Virus record (IMG/VR): IMGVR_UViG_3300033066_000410
Location: 21,391 to 85,390 of that record
Reading direction: 5' to 3' (one strand)
Source: a virus
Taxonomy: Duplodnaviria > Caudoviricetes
Length of the DNA stretch: 64,000 nucleotides
In this document: in pieces, positions 29,447 through 38,045 of the stretch
Layout of the letters: each line of letters begins with the position of its first letter
Position numbering within the stretch: position 1 is the stretch's first letter
The notes under the pieces: model-generated
The model's database searches: none
What the model was told of the DNA's origin: nothing
The model's input: only the letters and a program-made list of their open reading frames with translations
Translations under genes and position numbers: made by a program

Positions 29447-29817
29447 TTGAATGTGTAAAGTTCTGACAGTTGCTTGCAGTCCATATCTAAAGTTGTTAGA
29501 CTTTTAGGGTGCGCTGCGTATGTAACAACATAGTTTTTAGTTGAATTGCTGTAGCATACCTTTCTTACCTGAATTTCATCAAGCAGGTGGTCGTTCCAAG
29601 CAGGGGTAAGAATATCTCCTACTTGAAGCCAATACCGTTCAAAAAGTGCCCCTTCTAGCTTATCTGTGGCTATGCCTGTTCGCAAATTTACTGCTGTAAT
29701 AAACTCAGTAACTCCTTTAACGTTGCTTGCAAATTCGTGTTCAATGGAAGAAATGGCAAACACATCATTTGAATGATGGTAAGCTGTAACGTAAATACCT
29801 GGCTCGAATTTTCTCAT
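29443..29817 (-). CDS. WLQxGD paralogue family member
   Basis: GIYVT; RYWLQVGDIL; LSELYTF. Confidence 0.7.
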   Translation of the reverse strand: MRKFEPGIYVTAYHHSNDVFAISSIEHEFASNVKGVTEFITAVNLRTGIATDKLEGALFERYWLQVGDILTPAWNDHLLDEIQVRKVCYSNSTKNYVVTYAAHPKSLTTLDMDCKQLSELYTFK

Positions 29818-30179
29818 TGTAAACTATACAGTTCTGAAAACAATTTAATGGGTAGGTTAAATCTAGCAGGGTTGGGGTTTTTAGAGAACCCATTAAAGTC
29901 TCCGAATTTTACCCAATACTCTTTTGACTTTGGTTGCCAGTAGATGCTGTCTACCCACACTCGCATTTTCTTAGCATCCTTAACCTCTGCTATCAACTCA
30001 TCTTTCTTTTGCAGCCAATGCAAAGAAAATTCCTCCTCCGGTAAAGTCGAAACCTTATTTTCTTTAAGGCTATATAGAATAACCTTACTCGCATCCGATG
30101 GGTCAGGTGCAGAGCAAACAACATAAATATCCCTATTCAATCGGGAAGAGACTACGTATGTTCCTTTATTTGCTTTCAT
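29814..30179 (-). CDS. WLQxGD paralogue family member (start MKANKGTYV)
   Basis: GTYVV; LHWLQKKDEL...RVWVDSIYW; LFSELYSL; start reassigned from 30266 by comparison with paralogues. Confidence 0.7.
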   Translation of the reverse strand: MKANKGTYVVSSRLNRDIYVVCSAPDPSDASKVILYSLKENKVSTLPEEEFSLHWLQKKDELIAEVKDAKKMRVWVDSIYWQPKSKEYWVKFGDFNGFSKNPNPARFNLPIKLFSELYSLQ

Positions 30180-30559
30180 AGAATGTGTATAGTTCAGAAA
30201 AGTTAGACAGCATAAAGCAGGACGATGCAAAAAATCTGTGCTTTGTAGTAGGGTTATATTCTCCAAACATTATATTGTAACAGTCTCCCCGTCCCCAAGC
30301 GAAAAATATTTTTTTCAACCCATACACGTTTACCATCATCTGCATCTGCCGGCCCTAGTATATCACCACTCTGAACCCACAAAGGAGCTAGGCTTGTCTC
30401 AATAACCCTAGTGTTATTCCATGTGCGAATATTAGTAACTAAGACTTCTGTGTCCTTTAGTTTGTCGCCTAGTATAAGCCCCGCAGTGCTTGCAACCTCA
30501 TAAATATCATCTGAGGCTTTGCTCATCGTAAGATACTGTCCGGTGTAATACTTTGACAT
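30166..30559 (-). pseudogene. WLQxGD paralogue with a +1 insertion in an A7 run
   Basis: PLWVQSGDIL...RVWVEK; removing one A at 30309-30315 restores IFFAW...NFSELYTFYESK like its neighbours. Confidence 0.7.
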
Positions 30560-31035
30560 TAGAACGGAAATAGTTTTTCTGATGTTCCCATAAATTCAAA
30601 CGTTTCTAAGTAGCTTATGTCACACATACTCTTACTTATTTCAAACGTTTCTAAGTAGCTTATGTCACACATACTCTTACTTATATTTCTAAGTTCCTTG
30701 GTGTAAACTTTATAATGAACTTTTAACTCAGGATTTCTCTTTTCTTGATATTTTGCCTCTAGGTAGTCTACTATAAGATACTCGTCAAAGTATAAAAAGT
30801 AGTCGCCTCTTTGTAGCCAAAACAGAGTTAGGTCGTCTGTGCTCCATAAACTAGTTAGGTCTTTCTGCCAGTCAATTTTTGTTCCGTTTGTTACAAATCG
30901 TTCCATCGCTATTAGCGGAAAAGTTACGCAGTCATATCCGCTAAACTCATCAGGGTTTATACTTTCAAAAAACACCGAAGGTATTTTATCTTCTCCCTTT
31001 AGAACGTAAGCTCCTTTAACTAAACCCTTCTGCAT
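30559..31035 (-). CDS. WLQxGD paralogue family member
   Basis: GAYV; LFWLQRGDYF; carries an in-frame 15-aa duplication. Confidence 0.65.
   Translation of the reverse strand: MQKGLVKGAYVLKGEDKIPSVFFESINPDEFSGYDCVTFPLIAMERFVTNGTKIDWQKDLTSLWSTDDLTLFWLQRGDYFLYFDEYLIVDYLEAKYQEKRNPELKVHYKVYTKELRNISKSMCDISYLETFEISKSMCDISYLETFEFMGTSEKLFPF
30595..30684. repeat. perfect 45-bp tandem duplication
   Basis: ttcaaacgtttctaagtagcttatgtcacacatactcttacttat x2. Confidence 0.95.
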
Positions 31036-31471
31036 CTCTTAAAAATTTTTCCCTAGGTATTTTTAGCATAGCCCTTGTAGCTAGTTGCTTACAGAGCACA
31101 TACAAGCCTCTTTTTAGCTGCTTGCTTGCCTTGTTTATGTAAAGTATATCTTCAACCCTAACAACTCCCCCACCGTATATAAATCTATCGTGTATCTGTA
31201 TAGGGTAGTCTTGCAACTTCATCAACTCCTCAATAGTGAAATCTTCGGTGTTGTTTTTGTTCTGCTTAGTAACCACTCTATGCACAGATATGCACTCATA
31301 CTTAAATTCACCGGTAGCATCCATAACCGTAACGTCTCCGGTATACTTATATAGTGTGTCGGTTTCAGGCTCGTATAAGAAGTGGTTCGCTTTGGGGACT
31401 TCAAATAAATATTCTGTTATCTTTTCCCCGTTCTCATCGGTAGAATGTATAGGAAAATAGGGCATAAACAA
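31016..31471 (-). CDS. WLQxGD paralogue family member (diverged)
   Basis: DYPIQIHDRFIY...VRVEDILY. Confidence 0.55.
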   Translation of the reverse strand: MFMPYFPIHSTDENGEKITEYLFEVPKANHFLYEPETDTLYKYTGDVTVMDATGEFKYECISVHRVVTKQNKNNTEDFTIEELMKLQDYPIQIHDRFIYGGGVVRVEDILYINKASKQLKRGLYVLCKQLATRAMLKIPREKFLRDAEGFS

Positions 31472-31490
31472 GCCATTACAGCCCTCTTTT

Positions 31491-31841
31491 TTAGTTATTG
31501 ATAGTTCCCTCTTTGTCCGCTAAAGATTCAGCAGCACTCTTAGGTATTTCTGTGGTAAATTTCCAGCCTGTAGGTCTTTTATATGCCCAACACAGGTCTT
31601 CTTTTTTAACCGGTAAGCCTTTAGACTCGAGTTCTTTTATGTGCTCGTCTTGTTCTAAGGCATACACATCAGGCTCAATAACTCCAAGAGCGGTTTTTGT
31701 TTCGTTTTCAATAGAATACATAACCAACCCCATAGGAGTAGTTGCTGCCTCTAAGCCAAAATGGGTGCCTTCTTCATCACCGCTTATTTTCTTGTAGAAG
31801 GGATGGTAAACAACGCCGTTCCTTACTTCTTTTTTTCCCAT
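31491..31841 (-). CDS. hypothetical protein
   Basis: tiling minus-strand ORF. Confidence 0.6.
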   Translation of the reverse strand: MGKKEVRNGVVYHPFYKKISGDEEGTHFGLEAATTPMGLVMYSIENETKTALGVIEPDVYALEQDEHIKELESKGLPVKKEDLCWAYKRPTGWKFTTEIPKSAAESLADKEGTINN

Positions 31842-32641
31842 ATAATGTTTGACTTTTTACTTCCGTTTTTAATTTTCTCTAGCATGGCGGAAATGCCCCT
31901 ATTTTTGTCAAAGCCTCTACTCTTGCCAATAGCATCGTTTTCCGCAGGAGACATTATCTTATCCATTGGAGGTATTCGGTCTTTAACGACAAAATCTCTC
32001 TCAACGTGGGCCTCATCCCATACGCGAAGAGGTGCCTTAAACACCCTTGATTTTTCGTGCCCTTTAATAGTCACGACAATATAGAAAAACCTAGGGTTCT
32101 CTGTGCCGTTTTCATTACACTTAGTGCAATAAACATCATGGGCATCTTCGCTAGCTCCTAGTTTACTAGCTATTGCATAAAGAGCCAAGACTGTAATAGC
32201 CTCCTTTGCTTCTAACTGGGGAATGTATGGTTTATTATAGTCTGATAAAGCACCTCTTAGGTCATTTATAACCTTGGAGATTCCTCTTGCGCGTTCAAGC
32301 GTTTCAGGGTCTACATTTCCTTCCATCGCTTTGAAGATTCGCTCAGTTTCACCTCTTCCAACAATTTGGGAAAATTCCGGTAAAGTCTCTTCTGTAAACC
32401 CGTAGCTAACTGCTAGGTCGAGTAAAGAAACCGGTAAAAGAGACGCTTTATGCAATCCGGTTTTAGGTATAGCTACCCAAAAATAGAAGTAGCCCTCTAC
32501 ATAGTCTCCATTGCTATCAAAATGGCTTACATGACCGCCAACAGGTTCTCCTTCCTTGTTAGCTTCTCTCATAAGGTTTAAAATAGCCTTGCCTTCTTCG
32601 GCACCTACTTTTTCAATGTTTGACTTTGGACTTTGTTCCAT
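31823..32641 (-). CDS. hypothetical protein
   Basis: 272-aa tiling ORF; one CxxC. Confidence 0.65.
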   Translation of the reverse strand: MEQSPKSNIEKVGAEEGKAILNLMREANKEGEPVGGHVSHFDSNGDYVEGYFYFWVAIPKTGLHKASLLPVSLLDLAVSYGFTEETLPEFSQIVGRGETERIFKAMEGNVDPETLERARGISKVINDLRGALSDYNKPYIPQLEAKEAITVLALYAIASKLGASEDAHDVYCTKCNENGTENPRFFYIVVTIKGHEKSRVFKAPLRVWDEAHVERDFVVKDRIPPMDKIMSPAENDAIGKSRGFDKNRGISAMLEKIKNGSKKSNIIWEKKK

Positions 32642-32871
32642 ACGTAGTTTTTCTTATAGTTAGTGTATTTGTCTGCCATTGCTACCGACATAGAGATTAA
32701 CCATGCGATAGAGATTACTACCATGATGTATACCAGTAGCCGGTGGGTCTTTATCTCTCTAAGCTCTAGTATCATTATTGCAACCCAACCCAATATAAGA
32801 ATTGTTGCCAGTATGAATAACAGGTTAAATGTGGGGTCGGAAAATAAAAATGGAATGAGGTTATGTCCCAT
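32605..32871 (-). CDS. membrane protein
   Basis: two hydrophobic helices. Confidence 0.6.
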   Translation of the reverse strand: MGHNLIPFLFSDPTFNLLFILATILILGWVAIMILELREIKTHRLLVYIMVVISIAWLISMSVAMADKYTNYKKNYVWNKVQSQTLKK

Positions 32872-32945
32872 ACAGTCTCCTTTTTGTGTTTTTGTTTTGA
32901 TTAATAAGAGTAAAGATAATATATTTTAGTAAAATATAGTATACT

Positions 32946-33341
32946 TTAAGCATCTAATTTTGCATCAGGGAATCCAAGGTTTTTAGCTTCTACAACATCA
33001 ATAAAAGCTGCGCCCTTACTTATGTCACCAAACATCTCCTTAGCTGCTTCGTTGCGCACAACCCAAATATTTCCTGACCGGTAGGGGTTCTTAATGTCGT
33101 CTGTTTTTGCTCCAACTACTCCGATTAGAAGAAAGCCCTGCTTCATCATCTCCTTACACTCGGAGCATGGCTCTTTCATGTAGCCAATGCACTTTCCATG
33201 AACGCTATCTTCTAGTTCATTGTTGCTTTTCTTAACTCCACGGGTTCCTATAATTATAGGCCCATCTTCTAACTTTCCGCAAAGAGGACACGCCTCTTTA
33301 GCCAAGGCTACCGGAAATTTAATATCATCTCTGTTACTCAT
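32946..33341 (-). CDS. Zn-ribbon hypothetical protein
   Basis: CPLCG and CSEC pairs. Confidence 0.6.
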   Translation of the reverse strand: MSNRDDIKFPVALAKEACPLCGKLEDGPIIIGTRGVKKSNNELEDSVHGKCIGYMKEPCSECKEMMKQGFLLIGVVGAKTDDIKNPYRSGNIWVVRNEAAKEMFGDISKGAAFIDVVEAKNLGFPDAKLDA

Positions 33342-33476
33342 CTATTTTCCATTTAGGGTAGGGGTGTCTGAATTTTATAATATCTACCGTGTCCCCTGTT
33401 TCTGATAAAATCTGTTTTCTTTATACTCAGCTATCAACTGTAATAGCTGTGCTTCTGCATTGTAGCTTGGCATAGT

Positions 33477-33728
33477 TTATTTTTTATAATCTCCGTAACC
33501 TCTCAAATACTCGCTTGCAAGCTCTTTATACGCCTTACTTCTATGGTGTGGTAGCTTTCTGCCTAGCCTAGCGTCTCTTGCGCCATACGAGTATGCTATT
33601 GGGTCGTCTGATTTTATTGAATTTAAGTCTACCGTCTCTTCATCTTTTACTACCGCAACTCCGTTTTCCAACACAAGAGTTCCGTATTTAATTTTTTGCA
33701 TCTCTTTCAAATATAAAGGTTCCATCAC
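33477..33728 (-). CDS. hypothetical protein
   Basis: tiling minus-strand ORF. Confidence 0.5.
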   Translation of the reverse strand: MMEPLYLKEMQKIKYGTLVLENGVAVVKDEETVDLNSIKSDDPIAYSYGARDARLGRKLPHHRSKAYKELASEYLRGYGDYKK

Positions 33729-33996
33729 GGAACGGGTTTTTAAAATTGAAGATTATTTGATACCTAACTACACCATCGGGAAGGCTTGTCTTGCCTTTCA
33801 TAAAGTCCTGCTCAACTACAATCATTGCAGCTTTTGTAGGTCTTTTTGCCATACCCTTTTCGAGTATTGGAAACAGAAGTGCATGGGCTTTCTCCATAGC
33901 TTCTTCTACCGTCTTTTTTGCTAAGTCCATGCAGATTTTATCCTCGGGACTCATTTCTGAGAAGTCTACTTCTTCTCCGCCCATTACATCTCCCAT
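33688..33996 (-). CDS. hypothetical protein
   Basis: tiling minus-strand ORF. Confidence 0.55.
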   Translation of the reverse strand: MGDVMGGEEVDFSEMSPEDKICMDLAKKTVEEAMEKAHALLFPILEKGMAKRPTKAAMIVVEQDFMKGKTSLPDGVVRYQIIFNFKNPFRDGTFIFERDAKN

Positions 33997-34001
33997 ATTT
34001 T

Positions 34002-34289
34002 TTAATCGTTTGAGTATTCTACTAGTTCGTCAGGAACTCTGAAATCTATTGATACAGATACATTTCCAAATATACCTTCTTCTATAATTTGAAAGTTATC
34101 CGACCCTACATTAAAAGAAACTACCCCATGCTCTTTAGGGATTTTAGTTACGTCTCTTTTAAGTATTTGTGCCGCATATGTCATAAACTTTTTAGTTAGC
34201 ATAGAGAACTCCTCCATGTTTTCTAAACTAAGCATGTGTTGGTCACCTTTCTCATCGGTGAACGCTTGAATACCATTCTTTTTTGCCAT
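34002..34289 (-). CDS. hypothetical protein
   Basis: tiling ORF with A-rich leader. Confidence 0.55.
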   Translation of the reverse strand: MAKKNGIQAFTDEKGDQHMLSLENMEEFSMLTKKFMTYAAQILKRDVTKIPKEHGVVSFNVGSDNFQIIEEGIFGNVSVSIDFRVPDELVEYSND

Positions 34290-34348
34290 CTTGTTTTTTG
34301 TTTTGTGAATGCTAATATAGTTATATTTAAGTGAAATATAAGCACTAA

Positions 34349-34510
34349 TTAAATGAAATCTAGTTTCGTCTCAGCTACCAAGAAAGTTGCTCCGGTAACG
34401 TTGTCACTAACTAGCCATCTTCGCTTATTGATGTCCCAAATTAAAAGGGTTACTAAATGTGGGCAACCTTCTACAGAACTTATTGCACCTGCGATGTGTC
34501 TTCTTATCAT
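34349..34510 (-). CDS. 53-aa hypothetical protein (not in ORF track)
   Basis: MIRRHIAGAI...; ATGA overlap with the upstream gene. Confidence 0.45.
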   Translation of the reverse strand: MIRRHIAGAISSVEGCPHLVTLLIWDINKRRWLVSDNVTGATFLVAETKLDFI

Positions 34511-34716
34511 TTGTTAGCTGTCTTTTTAAGCTCAAACCCATAATGCTCACTCGTAGTTTTGTTGCTCCAAATAACTCTATATAAGCAACTATCGGGGCAA
34601 ACTACCACGGCATTAACCATTCCTGTGTCTTTGCCGGCTTTTATATTAAACTCTACTATGTCTTCCGTATCAAACTCTGCGGTATCTAATACCTTTTGGG
34701 CTTTTGGTGCGTTCAT
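34507..34716 (-). CDS. small SH3-like hypothetical protein
   Basis: 69 aa beta-rich; YRVIW. Confidence 0.5.
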   Translation of the reverse strand: MNAPKAQKVLDTAEFDTEDIVEFNIKAGKDTGMVNAVVVCPDSCLYRVIWSNKTTSEHYGFELKKTANK

Positions 34717-35072
34717 TCGCTTTTTAAATTTTCATCATTTTCACATTCTCCTGTTCTAGCTAACTCAGCACAGAACATCAGTATCATCTCTCTTTCGGGC
34801 AAATACTGATTACAAACAGGGTAGAAATAAATGTAACCATACTCTTCATCGCTAGGCATTGGCCTAAGCATTTTAAACTCAGGGAAAACCTCATTTATTT
34901 GAAAGCCACTTCCGATATGTCTTGAAAGGTGTGCTGCATCTATTAGCGCACCGCAGAGACCTTGAGTAACATCTCCGTCTTTATCTGTAAGGTATTCTAA
35001 CGCCTTATAGTATTTAAACATTTGCCGCTCTCTGAGCTTTTTCTTTCTTTTGCTTACCTTTTTTGTTTTCAT
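34713..35072 (-). CDS. hypothetical protein, paralogue of 35069..35464
   Basis: shared YYxALExLT, PEF...PM, YLP.RE.ILMFCAE motifs. Confidence 0.7.
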   Translation of the reverse strand: MKTKKVSKRKKKLRERQMFKYYKALEYLTDKDGDVTQGLCGALIDAAHLSRHIGSGFQINEVFPEFKMLRPMPSDEEYGYIYFYPVCNQYLPEREMILMFCAELARTGECENDENLKSE

Positions 35073-35464
35073 AGTTCGGGGGAATCATAGTATTCTAAAT
35101 TATTACACTCATTAGTTAAAGCAATCTCTGCACAGAACATAAGAATAAGTTCTCTGTATGGTAGATACTTCTCATCCGCAGGAAGCCAAAACTTATTACC
35201 GTATTCGGGGTCTGTCTCCATAGGCTTAAACATCATAAACTCAGGGTAGCTTCTTTCTAACTCGCAAAGCCACCTACCTGTAACTTGTATGTGCCCCATT
35301 TCTATAGCAAAGCACATTCCATAATAACTTAAACCGTCTTTTATGTATGGGCTTTTTCTAGTAAGGAACTCCAAAGCCTCATAATATACTGCTGATTTTG
35401 TTTCCCGAATCTCCGCTCTCTTTTTAGCTGTTAACGAAGTCTTTTTGTTTCCTGTGCTTGCCAT
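35069..35464 (-). CDS. hypothetical protein, paralogue of 34713..35072
   Basis: same motifs as neighbour. Confidence 0.7.
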   Translation of the reverse strand: MASTGNKKTSLTAKKRAEIRETKSAVYYEALEFLTRKSPYIKDGLSYYGMCFAIEMGHIQVTGRWLCELERSYPEFMMFKPMETDPEYGNKFWLPADEKYLPYRELILMFCAEIALTNECNNLEYYDSPEL

Positions 35465-35535
35465 AGGTAGTTATTTTATTTAAAGTGCCCTACTGGGCCT
35501 GTATTGAGGTCGTTTTTGGGTTGTGTGCCTGTATT

Positions 35536-35790
35536 TTATGCCAATATGTTTGCAATAACCCACTCTTCTAACTCGGTATCAGAATAGGTCATAAGCACCT
35601 CTGCCGGAGCATACGCAAAATATTGTTCATCGAATGCCTCAGCTTCTTTGCTAACAGGTATTCCGTTTCGGAAAAGAGAAGGCATTACCGCATCGGATAT
35701 AATGGCTCCATTGCTTGTAAACCTTACTTCATAGTTAACTCCATGCCATTCGGTTGTCTGATACATTGGAGCCATAAACTCATTCTTCAT
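35536..35790 (-). CDS. hypothetical protein
   Basis: tiling minus-strand ORF. Confidence 0.55.
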   Translation of the reverse strand: MKNEFMAPMYQTTEWHGVNYEVRFTSNGAIISDAVMPSLFRNGIPVSKEAEAFDEQYFAYAPAEVLMTYSDTELEEWVIANILA

Positions 35791-35794
35791 AGTT

Positions 35795-36154
35795 CTAAGG
35801 TTTTACTGCGCTATATAGGTAATACAGCAATAAAATAATTTGAGTTACATATTCAAGCCACAGAATTAAAAATGCGCCTATAAGAGAGTATAGCAGCATA
35901 CTAAGAAACATGGCTATCGTTCCTCCGGTCTTGCTCATTTTGAAAGTTAACCATCGTATCTTATAGCGCATGTAGGAAGCGCGAGCCTCCCCTACTTTTA
36001 TTTTTAGCTTTAGAAAGTTCTTCCACAGCATGAGTGCTATCTCTATGAACTTTATATCACTAGTCGAAAGCCTTAGAATGTATTCTTTGCCTTGAAGGAC
36101 TACAACCAAGTTTTTTGTCTCTCTATTTTCCATATACGTTTTGTAACTGTTCAA
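35795..36154 (-). CDS. membrane protein
   Basis: hydrophobic C-terminal segments. Confidence 0.55.
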   Translation of the reverse strand: MNSYKTYMENRETKNLVVVLQGKEYILRLSTSDIKFIEIALMLWKNFLKLKIKVGEARASYMRYKIRWLTFKMSKTGGTIAMFLSMLLYSLIGAFLILWLEYVTQIILLLYYLYSAVKP

Positions 36155-36503
36155 TTAGTGGGTCGAAAAATCTTTGCAAGAATAAGCACCAGTAAACTGT
36201 AAGGTATGCTATAGGTGGGAAGAAAAAGCAAATTACCAGTATAGCAGCTACAAATTCTTTAGGTGGCAAAAGCCACTCATACCACTTTTCTTCCGACTCT
36301 TCTTTAGACTCCTCCGCTATCTTTAAGCACGTAGGGCAGGTAGCGGTTATATCTCTAGGCTCTATTGAAAAATGAACCTTATTAAGCCCCTCTGTAAAAG
36401 CTAAGTGGCATAGGCACATATAAACTTTAGCACCTCCCCCTTTTGGTTTTTTGCTCGCAGCCAAGTGAACCGCCCCTTCATACTTTATTTTGGTGTATTT
36501 CAT
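36123..36503 (-). CDS. Zn-binding membrane-anchored hypothetical protein
   Basis: H, CLC, CPTC residues plus C-terminal hydrophobic helix. Confidence 0.55.
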   Translation of the reverse strand: MKYTKIKYEGAVHLAASKKPKGGGAKVYMCLCHLAFTEGLNKVHFSIEPRDITATCPTCLKIAEESKEESEEKWYEWLLPPKEFVAAILVICFFFPPIAYLTVYWCLFLQRFFDPLIEQLQNVYGK

Positions 36504-36871
36504 CGAAAGAATTTTATAACTGCATCTAAAATGTAATCTGTGGTGTAGATAAATGATACGACAAGAGTTGCAAATATGGCAAACCCCAATAGAACCAATC
36601 TACACAGTTTTGAATCCTGCTCCGCTTTTAACCTGGCTCTTTCAAGCTCTCGGGTCAACTCAGTATTCTGCCACGGATGCTCACGAGCAAACTCCTCTTC
36701 ATCAATAAAGTTGGGGTCTTCTATGTCGTCGCCGGAATACTCCTCTATTTCGTAGTTGGGATAATCTCTCTGTGCCCTCTCCTTACTATGGTAAACGTCA
36801 AAGCTGTTTAGCTTACCATCCTCAAATATTTTGTAAGTCGGGTCAACCGGTTGGTAAACTTTATTTTGCAT
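36500..36871 (-). CDS. hypothetical protein with C-terminal TM helix
   Basis: acidic N-half; LVLLGFAIFATLVVSFIY. Confidence 0.55.
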   Translation of the reverse strand: MQNKVYQPVDPTYKIFEDGKLNSFDVYHSKERAQRDYPNYEIEEYSGDDIEDPNFIDEEEFAREHPWQNTELTRELERARLKAEQDSKLCRLVLLGFAIFATLVVSFIYTTDYILDAVIKFFR

Positions 36872-37100
36872 CTGACTTAGCTTTTATTGCGTTCATATAC
36901 CACTCCACTTCCCGAAACGTCCCCTGCCATTTGTTTTTCCAGTTGTGTAGATTACTCAACAACTCATCGGCTACCGGTCTAGGTATAAACGTGGCTGTCT
37001 CGCAAACCCCTCCATCGGAGTTTTCAATCTTTAAAGTAACTTTGGTAACCGGCGCATCTTTTGAGTAATCGGCCGGCCAGTTTAATACATCTGTTTTCAT
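36861..37100 (-). CDS. hypothetical protein
   Basis: tiling minus-strand ORF. Confidence 0.55.
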   Translation of the reverse strand: MKTDVLNWPADYSKDAPVTKVTLKIENSDGGVCETATFIPRPVADELLSNLHNWKNKWQGTFREVEWYMNAIKAKSDAK

Positions 37101-37107
37101 AGGTATG

Positions 37108-37410
37108 TTATTTAGTGGGCACCCAACACCCGTTAGAAATATTTTTCATCAAAGCATTGAGAACCCTCTTAGCGTTCTCTGATTTTCGCTTGGTTAACCA
37201 AATTGAGTTAACAGGTATTATCGGCCCCTGTGTGGAAGGTTTAAAGTCTTCTTCTGTAATAGGTCTACCTAGCCGTTTTTCCATGCAGACATCGCATATA
37301 CAGTCGCTTTTCTCATCGGCAATGTTAGCCCATAGCTTATCGTTAACTATGACCATACCGCCATCAAATGCGCTGTATTCTTTTCCGCAGTCCTTACAAA
37401 TGGCAATCAT
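37108..37410 (-). CDS. Zn-finger hypothetical protein
   Basis: CKDCG...V.D.LW...CDVCMEKRLGRP pattern. Confidence 0.6.
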   Translation of the reverse strand: MIAICKDCGKEYSAFDGGMVIVNDKLWANIADEKSDCICDVCMEKRLGRPITEEDFKPSTQGPIIPVNSIWLTKRKSENAKRVLNALMKNISNGCWVPTK

Positions 37411-37547
37411 GCTCCTGCCGCTTTGTTGCCCATAGCAACTGCCAGTGATACCAAGGCTGTTAGTTCAATAGCGAAGATTATAAGCATACAGCTCATAACC
37501 CTAGCGTTGAATTTTTCCTGCTCTACTGTTTCTTCCGTCTGTCTCAT
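37407..37547 (-). CDS. 46-aa single-TM protein (not in ORF track)
   Basis: MRQTEET...MLIIFAIELTALVSLAVAM; downstream of a promoter. Confidence 0.5.
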   Translation of the reverse strand: MRQTEETVEQEKFNARVMSCMLIIFAIELTALVSLAVAMGNKAAGA

Positions 37548-37560
37548 GTGTGTATGTGTT

Positions 37561-37580
37561 TATATTTAAGTCAAATATAG
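37561..37580 (-). promoter_or_regulatory. conserved early promoter CTATATTTGACTTAAATATA
   Basis: identical 20-mer at 51126 and 54859. Confidence 0.75.
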
Positions 37581-37609
37581 CAGATTTCTGAGCACTTTAA
37601 AGAAACTAA

Positions 37610-38035
37610 TTAGTTATACAAGGCTCCGAAGTTGTATACCAAGTCTAGTAGTATGGCGATGTCCTGATGCGAGAACTCTCCTGTTAGGTCTACAGAAGTC
37701 CCTTCACCAATAGAGCCTGCCATCAAAGGTAGCTCGCCAACCTTATCATTTAACGCCGTCAGCCCTATGCCGGTAGTTGCTTGGAAATCGTTTGCTATAT
37801 TTTTTAACCACTCAGGAGCATTAACTTGGTCTATTGGTAACGAGCCTTTCATTTTTCCGAGAATACCTATCTCCAACTCGTCTTTTGGCATAGTAACCAA
37901 ACAGCCTACTCCTAAACAGCAGTAGCTATCGTCTGTCGGTTGCAATGTGCCAACTCCCTTTTTGTAGGTTCCCGCATATAAAGTATCGAGCCAAGCATCA
38001 AACTGCTCCCTGTCCTTTTTTGTTTTAAATAGCAT
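37610..38035 (-). CDS. hypothetical phage protein
   Basis: W...L..G.YKKG.G.L.....YCCLGV motif. Confidence 0.6.
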   Translation of the reverse strand: MLFKTKKDREQFDAWLDTLYAGTYKKGVGTLQPTDDSYCCLGVGCLVTMPKDELEIGILGKMKGSLPIDQVNAPEWLKNIANDFQATTGIGLTALNDKVGELPLMAGSIGEGTSVDLTGEFSHQDIAILLDLVYNFGALYN

Positions 38036-38045
38036 AGTATTTATT

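Noticed and set aside
30180-30266. N-terminal 29 aa of track ORF 29814..30266
   Set aside because: It overlaps the restored 3' end of the upstream frameshifted gene; the paralogue pattern starts at MKANKGTYV (30179).
27617-31471. Diversity-generating retroelement or shufflon acting on the paralogue array
   Set aside because: No reverse transcriptase, recombinase, TR/VR pair or inverted crossover sites were seen; the paralogues differ throughout their length, not only at adenines.
27617-31471. YopX family assignment
   Set aside because: Only the EGD-like turn is similar; the YopX IKFRAW and QYTGLKD motifs are absent.
33688-34289. Possible paralogy of 33688..33996 and 34002..34289
   Set aside because: Only a vague helix-then-strand resemblance; too weak to claim by eye.
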